In this document: piece by piece, positions 27,791 to 40,804 of the stretch
Position numbering within the stretch: the first letter of the stretch is position 1
Layout: every line of letters begins with the position of its first letter
Source: Geosiphon pyriformis uo1
Lineage: Eukaryota > Fungi > Glomeromycota
Reading direction: 5' to 3'
Length of the DNA: 64,000 nt
NCBI GenBank assembly: GCA_016748015.1
Contig: JAAOMT010000097.1
Span: 124,001 to 188,000 of the forward strand
Program-made: the position numbers and the translations under genes
Notes under the pieces: generated by a model
What the model saw: only the letters and a program-made list of their open reading frames with translations
Database searches by the model: none
Told to the model about the DNA's origin: nothing

Positions 27791-28121
27791 AAATAAAGCG
27801 AGTAAAAAGTTCATTTAGGGTAAATTCTATTATTATAGGCATTTTCTTGTATTGAGTTATGCTCCACAATGCATTAAATGTTGATACCACCAAAAATTCC
27901 CCGTCTATAAACTCGAATGAGTGGCTCAAAATGTCGTCAAATATTTTTCTTAAGAATTCATTATCTACCTTTTTTTACTCTTCCCAAATTCCTGCAGAAA
28001 TCCAAAGAAAAACAGTGTATCGATAATTTACTTACAAATATTTATAAAAGTTTTTTAAAAAACCCTTTTTTTTTTTTACCCAACAATATTATAATGTTGG
28101 AGAGTCGTAAAAAGTAGAAAT

Positions 28122-28205
28122 TTTGATATCTTGATTTTTTTTTTTAAAGGAGATTACACATGCAATTTGATATCTTGATTTTTTTAAAGGTGGTTACCCA
28201 TGCAA
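28122..28205. repeat. Two-copy imperfect direct repeat (about 42 bp unit)
   Basis: tttgatatcttgattttt(t)nAAAGG..ttac(a/c)catgcaa occurs twice in tandem. Confidence 0.85.
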
Positions 28206-29532
28206 ATCGAGAAAAAAAAAAGAAAAAGAGAATCAACATAAATTTTCTTCCAAAAATATATTCTAAAGTGTATTATGATTTTAATAAAAAAATAAATTGA
28301 ATTTATCTTTCTTTGAATTCAAAATTTTAATGCATATGATGGCTAAACCTTATCATCAGATTGAACTTATAATTGTAATTTTTGATTAAAATTTATATAA
28401 AGAAATACAACCGCCCGTTAAAAAGATCCGTATTCTAAACGCAATACAGAAACTTTCAAGTTCCGTACTTGGGGTATACAGTATATACTTAAATCCCTAA
28501 TCGGTAGGATTGGAAAAAAATCCTATGATTAGACCACTTATTTATTGTCTTAAATGTTTTTTTACCCAAGAAAATCTTATAAATCCTTGCATAATTTATC
28601 GAAAATACTTTTAATCCCTTTAGAATTATGATTAATTAGGGAAATACGACTGAATCATAATCTATAATGTATCTCAATCAATCCCTTACATTTTCCATCT
28701 GCTAAGGGATCATAATGCATAATACGCATGATAATGAATCCTTGCTCAGACAGTTGATTGAAAATTTGATAAAGAAAGGCCCTATTTCGAAACTTATTTC
28801 CTCTTCACAAACTCCCCTTTTTAAATTCTAAAGTTAATTGGTTCTTCTTGTTTGTTCAATTTTTAATAAAACCCTTGCCCCAGTAAAAATATTCTATTTT
28901 TGTAAAAAAAGGGAAAGCAAAAAACGTGAGAAATAAAAAAATATATAACCTGTTTATTTCATTATTAGGTTTATTATTATTAAATTTAGGTACCATTATG
29001 CCCACGTTAGACTGTCACGTTCCGGATCCTACAGATTGCTTGAATCTCTTTTCGTCTAGGGTTTTAATTCGCATGCTTCGGAAGAACTTCCTGTCAATTG
29101 TGTTTTTTTTTAAACCTTGATTCATTTACCGTGGTACTAATGACGATTATGATAAGTCTTGGATGACACTACCAAGAAAGGAAAATAACCTACCGAGAAA
29201 ACAAAAGAGCTGCAGCAGTTTCAAAAACAAAAAGAAATGCATGCATCATGCAGTAGGATGCAGATTAACAACACTTGCACCAATTTTGAAGTAGAATGAA
29301 TAAAGTTTTGATTAGTTAAGAAGAAGAAGACTGAACTTAAGAAGTCCAGTTGCTTCCCAGCATTGATGAAATCATTATTTAAGCAGGATCATTGAAAACT
29401 TTCCCATCAACCTTTCCTTCCCATCTTTTTTAATCTCTTTATAATTTCGTCTTGACTCTTTTAAGAGAAAAGAACAATATTAAATACACGCACGCGTTAA
29501 TTTCCTTTATTACTGATATCAATTTAAAAATA

Positions 29533-30861
29533 ATGCCAAAAATCAAATCTGAAAAAAGGGAATTCAATAATTTCGTTTCTATGCCATTGGTATTTCTTCA
29601 ACCGGCTCCAATCCCGGCGGTAGATCCAACTTCATCCATGATCTCGACTAGAAATAATGACTTAAACTCATCAACCGCAGCGCTAACTGATTCAAATGGT
29701 GTTTTCATTCATCAACAAGACCGTCTAAGCTCAGAAGATATAATGCTACTTCAGGATCCACCTTACAAACTTACCCTCCCGATTAACGAATTATTGGCAC
29801 CCGCTAAAAGAACGCGTAAAATCAACAAGAAATTGGCACAAACTGGAGGCCTGACCGAGGAAGATGAGAAACCACCTCGACCACAAAATGGTTGGGTAAT
29901 CTTTCGTAAAGATTATGAGGCAAAATTACGTGAATTGAATCCGGAAGAGACTTACAAAATTCAAGATATCTCTAAAACAGCTGGTCCTGTTTGGAGAGAT
30001 CAATCCGAAAAAGTTAAAAAATATTTCGAGGTGTTACAACGCGTCGCTCTAGAAAAACACAAGGCAATGTATCCAAATTACAAATATATGCCGAAAAAGA
30101 AGGATCAATCAGCCAACACAACATCCGTGACAGCACCAAAAAATGAAAAGAATTGGGTTTTTCGTGAAATGGCAAATCGTCAACCACCATATCTTTATGA
30201 ACACACAAGTGGTGAAGAATGTCGAATGCAAATCAATCCGGATACACCAACACCTTCATCTTTGGTAAATTCACCACGCGAATATTCTTCATCTGGAACT
30301 TTTTCTCCGACACCACCAAACTCCCCGGCTGAAGATCCATTTGATATTTATAACGCGTCAAATAATTGTCATGCTCCCTCGTTTTACTTTGAAGACTACC
30401 ATTATGCTACCTCTGCCAACACTAGTATCCCGACATCAAATCAATCAACCGCTTCTGTTAGCTGTACACCATCACCTAACTATTATTCAGCAATACCTTC
30501 GACAAACATATTTCCTCCCATTTCGAATTTGTTGCCTTCTTATTTAAATAATCAAAATACCACGGTTCCTTCTTCATTTGATTCTTCATTCAATTCCGGG
30601 ATCAATGAAAAATTTACAGATTGTTCGCTCAGCATACTTGCCAATGGCCTTGGAATTAACTTGAATCCGATGAGTTCGACATCTTTATTTCAAGGTTCTA
30701 CCATGACAACACTTTCTGGCGACTCGAACACACAATGTTTTGACGCTACCTCGCCATCGAATTCCTTCAAATTGGAGGAAATTCCATTGGATCGGTACGA
30801 CTTTTCAAGTGTCTCTCAACAATTCAATGAGGTTAATTTCACTGCCACTACCACCACTACC

Positions 30862-30892
<31 letters not shown>

Positions 30893-31611
30893 TAAATTCC
30901 AACAATGGAAACACTACGATCTTTGATAATGGTAACAATCATCAAGAAAATTTCACACCCAATATGGTTAATGTCGATGGAATGGCCCTTAATTACCAAT
31001 CTGGGAAAAACTATAACGAAACTTTGGAAACATTTGGAGGTGATATCTCTATGCTTTTCAACCAACAATCGAGTGGGAATTTCAATTTCTCCAACTCCGA
31101 ACCTTATAAGGGGAATAAATTTACAGATAATTTCAGTAGCATAAAGCTTTCAGATGATTTTGTATTTCAAGAAGATTTCACGGATGGCGATTGCATTGGG
31201 GTTGATGGGATGAATTCAAACGACCTCTTTTGTCATCTTCAACAACAGCCCCTTGATTTGAATCTTCATCAGGAATCACCAAAGATTGAATCTGGCAGAA
31301 TAGCTAGTACATTTAGTCCTGAAAATGTGACAATTCCGAGCCCAACTAAACTTGAATTTCCATTCGCAACTATTGTGACCGTGACCACCACAACTACAAA
31401 TGCTTCATTTACTGTTAAAGATAAACATAAGGAAATTTCATCATGTATACCTGATAGTTGCTCGACAACTCCTTTTGTTCCTCCCCATCTTCCCGAATTT
31501 TTAATGAACAATTATGATACAACCTTTGCTGCTGGAAATTTCTCTGGCGTTTCGTTTGAAGAGTTATTTGGTGAAAATTGTGACTTGCCGTCACCACCTT
31601 TTTCTTTCTAA
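29533..31611 (+). CDS. MATA-type HMG-box transcription factor, intronless, long low-complexity S/N/acidic tail
   Basis: PPRPQNGWVIFRKDY..ISKTAGPVWRDQSEKVKKYFEVLQRVALEKHKAMYPNYKYMPKK, preceded by PPYKLTLPINELL; single open frame of about 690 codons. Confidence 0.93.
30862..30891 (+). repeat. (AAC)10 microsatellite encoding poly-Asn in the HMG protein
   Basis: Directly visible in the sequence. Confidence 0.95.
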
Positions 31612-32424
31612 TAGTTTTTATTATGGTTTTTTTATTGATTAAGAAAGCCAATATATATATATATATATATATCTCTTTTTTTTTTTTTTTATGGAAAATG
31701 AGAAACAATCTAAATTCACCATTAAAAAGCTAGAACAGCATTTTAACTTTTTAGAATTTTAATTATTATGCCCATAAGCTTCTCTCAAGCGTCCACCATT
31801 TCACTGAAATCATTTTCATATTCTCAAACACTTTATCTTGATTTTTACTGAACTTTCCTAACGTTTTCCAATGTCTACATAAAAAACTTTAAATCTAAGC
31901 TATATTTGCATGTCCCCCGGAAATCTAAGATATTTCTCAAACCCACAACTTTTATGGCAAACACGTCTTTTCCATAGACACCTTTGGTTCACTCAACCCA
32001 ATTTACTCAAATATGCCACTAATCATTTCCAAATGATCAAATTCCAGAATTCAAAACCATTTCAAAAAATTACAAAATTACAAATAGAAACAAGCTTCTC
32101 ATTATTTCTCTCTTTCTCATCATAAAAAAAAAAAAAAAAATAGAAATACAAAATATTCAATAAAAATAAAAGCATATTAATAAATATATTAATAAAATAA
32201 AAATGTTCAGTTGGTGAAATTAAAAGATATTGTAACTTTATTGAATCAAATTTTGAATAATTTTTTTTTCAATAACGAAAACTTTGAATATAATTAAAAA
32301 ATCGAGTTTTTGAAATTCAAAACTTGATTTTTTTTTTTTTTTTTGGTGATTTAAGATAGATGATTATAAAAAAATTCAGGTATGTTGATTTATTTTTATA
32401 AAATGGTTTAAATTAATTAATTAA

Positions 32425-32455
<31 letters not shown>

Positions 32456-33272
32456 AAAACCATTATTATCTCCCACACAGATTACAAATATGTTTACAAT
32501 GTAAAAGAAACAAAAAAAAAAAAAAAAACATTGAAACTTCCCAGTTATTTTTTTTTACATACATTACATTCCTGAAATTCGATCTTCTAATTATGATCAA
32601 AGAACGAAAGAAGCAAAACTTTTTAAAATGAAAAAAAGGTAAAATAAAAAAAGTCTTGATCAAAAATAGTAAAATTAAATCCTAATTAAAAAAGAAAGAT
32701 TAGAATTTTTTTTTTTTTACGACTTAAAAATTTTTTTTTGTTGATCTATTTATCTCTTAAATATCTTAATATTTGGTAACTTTTACGTGCCTCTCTCCAA
32801 AGTTTTAGAAATCCAAATTAAATTTGTTCTATATCTTTATATTAAATTGTCCTTCCCCCAGATTTTATCAAGAATTATTTAATTATTTCGCTCAGACTAA
32901 GACGAAGAAAGTAAAAACTAGATGGTTAGAAACATTGGTGTATCTCACTTTTTTTTTCAATCGTCAATATCATTATGTCAATTATTCAAAGATTTTCCCT
33001 AACATTTCCGAGTGATATCAATCGTTTAGCCTTTTTCATTTCAACTTGACCTATTATTTTTAACTCTCATTTTATCAGATTTTTCATTTTTATTGAAAAT
33101 TAAAGAGACAATTCGGTAAATTAAAACTCTTTTTTAATTTGTTTCATGTTCCCATGACTCGGAAATAATTTGATATTCACACTTTTTAACACAAACTTTT
33201 TGGCTGAAATTCTTTTTTTGATTTCTTACCATTTGGGTTTTTTTTTCCAAACTCCATATACTTGTTTCAAAA

Positions 33273-34160
33273 ATGAGACAAGAAAACGAGGGAAATGAAC
33301 AACAACCTTTAATAGTAAATTTGCCCAAAGACATCCCACCTTCACAAGGTTTTATTCAGGCACCGATAGGCTACACCTTTTTGAATTTACAATTTGTGGC
33401 ATATTGGGTGGCCACTGCTGGCTCTTTATTTTTCACCGGTACCATTTGGTATGTGAACTTACAAGGTGAATACAACCATTTCATATGGCATCCAATTTTG
33501 ATGTCAGCTTCAGTGTTTCTTTTAACACAAGGTAAAACGAGAACCTTTTTTTCTTTTTCTTTTGCGTTTTCGTTTTCGTTTTTTTTTTGCCAATCATTTT
33601 TATCTCTAAACTTTTCAAAGGTGTACTTGTACTTCAACAAACGAGCAGACCACGAGAAAAGAAGAGAGGTCTCAACTTTCACCTTGTTCTTCAATATCTC
33701 TCGGTCATAACAGCCTTTATTGGATTTCTGGTAGCATTTTATCATAGGACAATTAATAAAAAACAGCACTGTAAGTATTTCTTCAGTTACTTCTTTTATG
33801 TTGACTAAATTTTCTTGAAGGCTCATCAGAAATAAATCCGAAAAAATAGTCAAGTCAACTCATAGTTTGCTAGGATTAGCAGCATTATGGCTAATATTTA
33901 TGCAAATAATGTTCGGAGTGGCCATAGTCAATATTACAAGACTTTTTGGGGGACTGGTGGAAGCTAAAAAAATGTACAAGTATCATCGCATGACCGGTTA
34001 TCTTTTCCTAATTACGGCTTGGCTAGCTATGATCAGCGGAACGCAAGTGGGTCGAACGAAACGTGAATTTCAATACGAATGGGTTTGGCTCTTGCTCTCT
34101 TGCGTTACCATTTTCGCTCTAGTTCGTCGAGTGGTTATACGAAAAATGGGTTTTTTTTAA
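33273..34160 (+). CDS. Cytochrome b561 domain membrane protein (3 exons)
   Basis: FIWHPILM, NFHLVLQ, STHSLLG and KYHRMTGY supply four heme-ligand histidines in transmembrane helices. Confidence 0.85.
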
Positions 34161-35276
34161 TCTGATATCCCACAGTCGATCGAATCAACAAATTACCCAA
34201 TATTCTGGTTTGGATCTGATAAATTTGATTACCCTCATTTATTCCAAAAGTGGTGTTTATGCACGATTTCTTCCTTTCGTAATAGTATTTGACAGGTAAA
34301 TTGTGTATCATTGGATTGGTTTAAAAGAATAACATTTTTTGAGCTTTTGAAAATTTATTAATTTTTAAAATAATTATAATTGCAATTACAATTTTATACT
34401 GTTACTTAATAAAAATTCTTATAATGATAAATATTTTATATACAAATGAAAATAATTGATGCTATTTTTATAAAAAAATATGTTATATTTTTTAACACAT
34501 GTTTTTTTGAAATGAATTCTTTGATTAAATGTAATTTTATTTAAATTAAATCAATCATCTGGAAAATAAAAATGATGAAATTTATTGTTTTTATGAAAAG
34601 ATTGTGTGAACCCATTTGATATCAAGATATTTCCTGGTGAAAATTACTCGGCTGTAAATAATAGACTTGTTAGTTAAATATTGTTACAAAGATTGGGGAG
34701 TTGATATGATTCGGCACTATCAAAAAAGATAAACAAAAAGGCGGGATAAAATTGTGAAAATATTTCGTATTAAAATTATTAGTTTAAAAAGATTTTTTAT
34801 AATGCATAGTGACGTACGCTATCCAAGTGTTTGGAACTTGAAAATTTACCCGTTACTAAAAAAAGTTTAGAAAGTATTTCAATCTCATAGATATCGAAAT
34901 AAAAATATAACTATTTTTAAGTTGCCTTATTTGATTAATAAAAATAATTATGAAAAGGAACATAAAAAAAGTTTTTTTTTTTTTTTAACCAAAATTATTT
35001 CCGTTTTTTACACATGGTGTGAATTATTTTTATATTGAAAATAGAGCATCAGATTTTTTAAATCCATTTATTTGGAGAAACAGAAAATCATATATGTTTA
35101 AAAAAAGAAAAAAAAAAAGATTCTAAATTTTTTCTTAAAATCAAAAAAAAATTTTTATTGTCAAAAATAAATAAAATCTTAAATTTATAATTATGTGAAA
35201 TTTAATTATCATAAAATTATTAATTATTATAAAATTATTAATTATTTTTATTTTTTATTATTAAAAAAATTTAATT

Positions 35277-35312
<36 letters not shown>

Positions 35313-36028
35313 GTTTATATTTATTTCTAAATTGTTATTTATCAAAAATATTTGAAATAATAATACATATTAACTATAAAAATTGTTTTTATTAAAAATT
35401 ATTTTTATTGTTATATCAAAAATATTATTCATTTGATTTTTTTTATAAAAAATAAATTCTTATTTTTAATATATACATAAACATAATAATTTTAATAATT
35501 TTATTTTTAAACTACATTTTTTTATTTTTTTTTTATTTTTGATTATAAAAATAATTTTTAATTTTTTAATTTTTTAATTTTAAAAATTTTTATATGATAT
35601 ATTTATTAGTTTCTTGATAAGTGTAAAATCGTATTATGTAAAAAAAAAATTTAAATAAATAAATAAATGTTAATTTATTTTTCATCATATTATTTTATAT
35701 AAAATTTTTTAGTTTTTATATATAGAAAACTTTATAACTTATGTTTACTTTTTAATTTTATTCAAAAAAAAAATCAAATACATTATTACAAAACTACGCC
35801 TAAAAAATCAATAATGCATGTGCCCATTACTTCTAATATGGCTAATCCATAATAATCATTATTAATTAGTAACATTTATATATAAAATGATCAACCTGAA
35901 CTGGTACCATTATCAGTATCACGCTAATTAGTAAAACGCGATCGCTCAAGTTTTTCTCACGGTTGCCTTCCATTCTAGTATCCCGATTTTTGAGCCTTTT
36001 TTCCTATTAAACTCTTCTATCGAACAGA

Positions 36029-36802
36029 ATGCCTTCTCTCCCTTTCACTACACTCACCGTCATGACCACAATTACCACCGTGCCTTGGCACTTGACCCTC
36101 TTAATTACAATAATTGATTTTCCGATTGTAATAGGATACTTTTTTATGGTAGCAAATATACTCTTTGATACACTGACCCGTCCTACCTCTTTCCCCACTA
36201 GCACTAGACCTTTAAACGGACCAACTTCTACAACCCCACTTCTTTCTCCTCCTTCCACGAGTGCTGATTTATCTTATATCGAGTCCAACAGTTTTCGAAT
36301 ACTTGTTATAGGCTGGTGTTTAGCTTTCTTAGCTCCTCTGCTTGGATATATAGATTTCGCACAATTACCATGGGATATTAGAGGTTTCTTGGGATGGTCT
36401 GGGATATTTGTAATATTAATAGGACTTTCTTTTTGCGTCTACTCTAAAAAAGCTAAAGCACGGTTCACACGAACCGGAGTGTTGACGAATGATGAGTTAA
36501 TAGTAACTCAAGGTGCGTATAAGTCGTAAAGATGATGACGAAATGATAGAAAAAATAATATCCAATTCTTCTTTGGGATTCTAGGCCCTTACCGGCCTGG
36601 CTACCTGGGCCAGATGCTAGCGTGGACAGGATTCGCAATAAGTTCTGGTAACTTGATAGTAATCTCAGCGATAGTTATGATCATATGGATTGTGTACTGG
36701 TATCGGATGCATGCGGAAGAAACATTGTTAATGCACAGTTTCGGTGAAGATTATCTTGAATATCGGCGAACCGTTAAAAAATTAATCCCTTATATTTGCT
36801 AG
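36029..36802 (+). CDS. ICMT/PEMT-family integral membrane methyltransferase homolog (2 exons)
   Basis: LIVTQGPYRPGYLG..YRMHAEETLLMHSFGEDYLEYRRTVKKLIPYI; multiple hydrophobic helices. Confidence 0.8.
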
Positions 36803-37140
36803 AATTGCCGCCGGGCATTTATTGCAAGATGACATATGGACATCGCAATTTCCTATATAGAGTAATTGGCTAGATGACCCAAATATAATTATAATAACTT
36901 AATATCTTCTCTTAATATTTTCTCGTTTTTACGTTTGTACCAGCACATAGAATAGAAACAGATGTTGATTCTTCAATACATTTGATAGCTGATATGTAGG
37001 CCACCTTTTTCAACAGTCTAGGATTAATAATTGTTTCCTCCTATCACTTTTTTAATATAGTATCTTTCAGAGAAGCCATTTGATGTATAATAGATTGCAA
37101 ATGTCATTTCTACCTAAGGATTAAGCTATCTGTAATAAAT

Positions 37141-38761
37141 CTATCTTTTTTTAGCAGGTCGCGGTTTGACATCTTCCTCTTTTACAGAGTGCAAATATAC
37201 AGCATCCTTGGTTTGCTGTGTTTGATATGTTGGTTGTTGATATCCCTGTTTGAAGAACATTGGTTCAATAGCTTGATTTGAAGTTAAGTATTTAGAATAA
37301 ACTTTATCAAATATAAACCGACTCACCTTACTCCAATCGTAACCAGCACCATAGGCAAAGATGGTACCGTTACGATTAAATGTCGTGGCGACAATAGGTA
37401 CGTTGATTGTGCTAAATCCTTTAAGTCGTTGTTTAGAATCTTTATCCCAAAAATTAAAGGTTCCATCACTACCAGCTGTTGAAAAAGTGCCGTGTAATGG
37501 ATGAAAAGATATGGCATTTACGGCGTATACGTTCACATTATTTTCACGATGACATTTAAACGAAAAGCTTGCACTAGTATGTAAAATAGTAGTAAGTTAT
37601 GATTTGTTTGAACTATATATTATAATATAATAAATTCCTTTGGATTCTTACGTGCTTTCCTTTTCATCAAGATATTGTATCCCAACTCTCCCTTCAATGC
37701 TACCTATGGCATAGCCTGTTCCATTGATGAAACAAGCCACCGTACGGGTTTGCCATTTTAAAGGACTTTGTGCAGTCTGTTTTTCCGGAAATAGATTATA
37801 TTAAGAGTATATCATGAAAAGATCGTATAAATATATATATTCTACTAAGAGATTGACAAACCTTATATACTTGAGAGGGATTTAACATGTTATAAACGAC
37901 AACGTGTCTTTCTGCGGTAGCAACTACCATTAATGGAAATACCAAATCCATAGCATAGCATCTCTCTGGAAGATTAACACTCAATACGGGTGTTGACATC
38001 CGCATATCCCAATACTCGACATTTGTCGTAAAATAAAAGTTAGATAAATAAAAAAAATCATATCATACCTGAAAAAAAACTTTAAATTTACCTTTACAGT
38101 CTTATCCCAGCTTCCCGTTGCAACAACTGGGGATGTTCCACTGTCTACCCACTTAATACACTTTATAGGAGCATCATGTTGAGCTATTTGTGCTGCAGTT
38201 CCTGTGGTTACGTCAAACATTCGACCAGCCTTGTCTGCACCACCCGACAATATTTTAGTGCCATCCTTCCGAGAAAAAACATTTGGTTTATGCCTTAAGA
38301 AAACTTGAGGAAGTGGTATTTTTCCAGAAAGAGCAAAATTAAATCGGACTCAATACTTTGCTCCATGTGCAACACAAAGCCGGGGCCTCATGGGGGTACA
38401 AAGCCTTGCCAAGAGCTGAGCCTGTGGTCGAGTTCACCTCGTAAATTCTAACCTGGAGAAACAGACAGTTGGAGTTTCAGAATTATTAATTTTATACATC
38501 GAATCTATGAATTGATGAAACAAATATTTTTTCCCTTTCCTGATTGTCCCAAGAGGACACTGCCAAATAATCAGCAACAGGTGAAAATGCTAACTGCGAG
38601 ATCCCGTCAGTTGGCGGATTTGGCAACTGGTCCAATGTGAAATATCAGTAAGCTTATAAAAAGTAACAGACAGGAAAAAAATGCAAAAAAAAAATTAGGC
38701 CTACCACATAATCTTTAGGAGCTTCCGTGTTGCTAACAATATTAGGTCTGTTGAACGCCAG
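37141..38761 (-). CDS. RAE1: Poly(A)+ mRNA export WD40 protein Rae1/Gle2
   Basis: [93 protein letters not shown]. Start codon appears to be non-AUG (see findings). Confidence 0.95.
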
Positions 38762-39320
38762 TTTGTTAAGTTTCTTTTTGATATAGAAGAATAAGAAAAA
38801 GGTTGAAGAGTTAACTTGTAAAGAGGGATGTCAAGTTTTCAAGTTGTTCTCCACCATAAAATAGAAAAGCACACGAACTTAGGGCCCCAATCAGTCTTGA
38901 TTTGAGGTACAAATCAAATAACACAGACTGCTTTGAAGTAAATTCAAGGACTCATGTTTTTTAAAAGTTACGAGAAAAAGGGCTTTACCCAAAATAAGTT
39001 AGTGGAAATAAGCTGGTAAATCATATCCTGAAACAACAAAATATACTGTTTTAATTGAAATTTATAAAGTAAAAATAAAAATAAAAATCCTTTTAAAAAA
39101 TGTATTAATCAATTTTGTTAAAACAAAAAAATTATATATTTTAGCAAAATTTTAAGCTTATACTTCAATATTTTTATAAATTGTTAAAATTAAGTTTGAA
39201 AATTTATTCGGAGTTGAATTTAGTATAGACTAAATGGGTCGCGTCAATAGTTGATTATATACTCATTATTGTGAATAATAATCACTCATTTGTCTACACC
39301 TTAAATCACCAAACACAAAA

Positions 39321-40330
39321 ATGAATTGCTTGCCTTGGAGTTTAGAATATTTAGCTCAACAAGAAAAAGATTCTCAGTCAACCGTAATTGAAGGTACGTC
39401 TTTTTTTACATGCGCACAGGCTTAGTTCCTCCGCAAACTGCCAAAGTTGCCTACCTTACTGAAAACTGCTCGTTTTTACTTCTGAACGTTTGATTGAGTG
39501 CGCCCAACAGCCGTTACCAAACTTTACACTGTAAAATATAAGATAGCACAAGAAGAGCTTGACCAATGTGAATCCTGTGCACCTTTAAGACGGGTTCTAG
39601 ATTCAGAAAAAGAAAGTTGTTCGAAAGAGAGTTTGTCTATGCTAGCTCTAAAGTTAATTGAACTTGAGAAAATCCGAGAAAAAATAGTTAGGAAATGTCT
39701 CGTGCGGCTCATCGCCAAGAAAGACCAAACCGTGTTACGAGCTCAAAGGGATAACAAACCCATGGAAAGACTGTTTGAATATATTCTGATTGCATTGAAA
39801 CGAGAGGCCAGTAGAATTATAAAATTTTGTTCTTTTTTGCGAAAAGGTTCCTATCGTGAAATTACGATAAAGTTTTTTAGCCAGCCATGGTGGTCTTTGA
39901 TAAATGTTTTGCATGGCCTCCGTTTTATGTTGTAAATTGAATTAACCTGTTTTCTCCCTATGTCCCTCCGTAGATCTTAAAAGCAGTGCTATCAGTTTTG
40001 GTTTAACTGTAGTTTTTATTTTGAAAATGTTGAATTAACTTTCAACTTTGGTTCAATCACATTTTAAAATAACTGATATTCTTTCTTCTTCAAAACAGAT
40101 TTTATTCAAAGAAATTCAAGAATCTCAGTCGGATATCGTTGACTGGGTCGCCGCTTTAAACAAACTATTCCCAGAAATAAAAGATAGTGAAGCTGAGAAA
40201 GACAAAGACAGAAAAAAGTATCCCTTTCACTTTTCCTCTCGTCATTTTCCATCACAACGCCCTATCTTGGTTAAACTATTAGTCCAAGTCTTAAAATATA
40301 CAAATGGGAATGAGGAATCCGTCAGGTGAT
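39321..40330 (+). pseudogene. Possible degenerate or unknown helical-protein gene fragments
   Basis: ATG exon MNCLPWSLEYLAQQ followed by ORFs 39498-39935 and 40048-40329 with protein-like composition; I could not build a clean splice path or recognise a family. Confidence 0.25.
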
Positions 40331-40804
40331 TTCAAGAAACTTTAAATTTTAACCACCATTTAGAAATCCCTCTTACCACATCCAGTATATTACAGTGTTT
40401 TTGGATTCCAAGAATTTTCTGATGCCCTTTCGCTAATTTCATGGGAACGAATTCGCGATATGTTGAATGAGTATTTGAATAATTTTCACTACCATATGAA
40501 AGAAATGTCCGATTTAATTTCTGAACAAAGTCATCAAAATGAGGTCGTACAGTCGATGAAAAATAATTTCTAGATATCAGCCCTTGCTTTGACAGATGAT
40601 TAAAATGCATATCAAAAGTTATTACTGGGCAACAAAATTGAAGTTTAAAAAGGAATAATTAATTTTCGTGATAATTTAGTTACTGTAAAATTTACAAGAG
40701 ATTTAATCTTCGAAAATATTAGTTGCTTAGAGTTAAAATTGTCTAATATTTTACATTGCAATAAATAGCTTTTATTAGGCATTAAACACGGAAATCCTGA
40801 ACTT

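Noticed and set aside
29452-31611. Mucorales-type sex locus (sexP/sexM)
   Set aside because: The flanking triose-phosphate transporter and RNA helicase genes are absent; neighbours are a lipase homolog and cytochrome b561.
28450-34845. Short inverted similarity (ccaagt..ggaacttgaaa) flanking the HMG and b561 genes
   Set aside because: Too short and gapped to support TIRs, and no TSD.
38975-38990. AAAAAGGGCTT resembling the U11 snRNA 5' end
   Set aside because: No following stem-loop I or Sm-site architecture.
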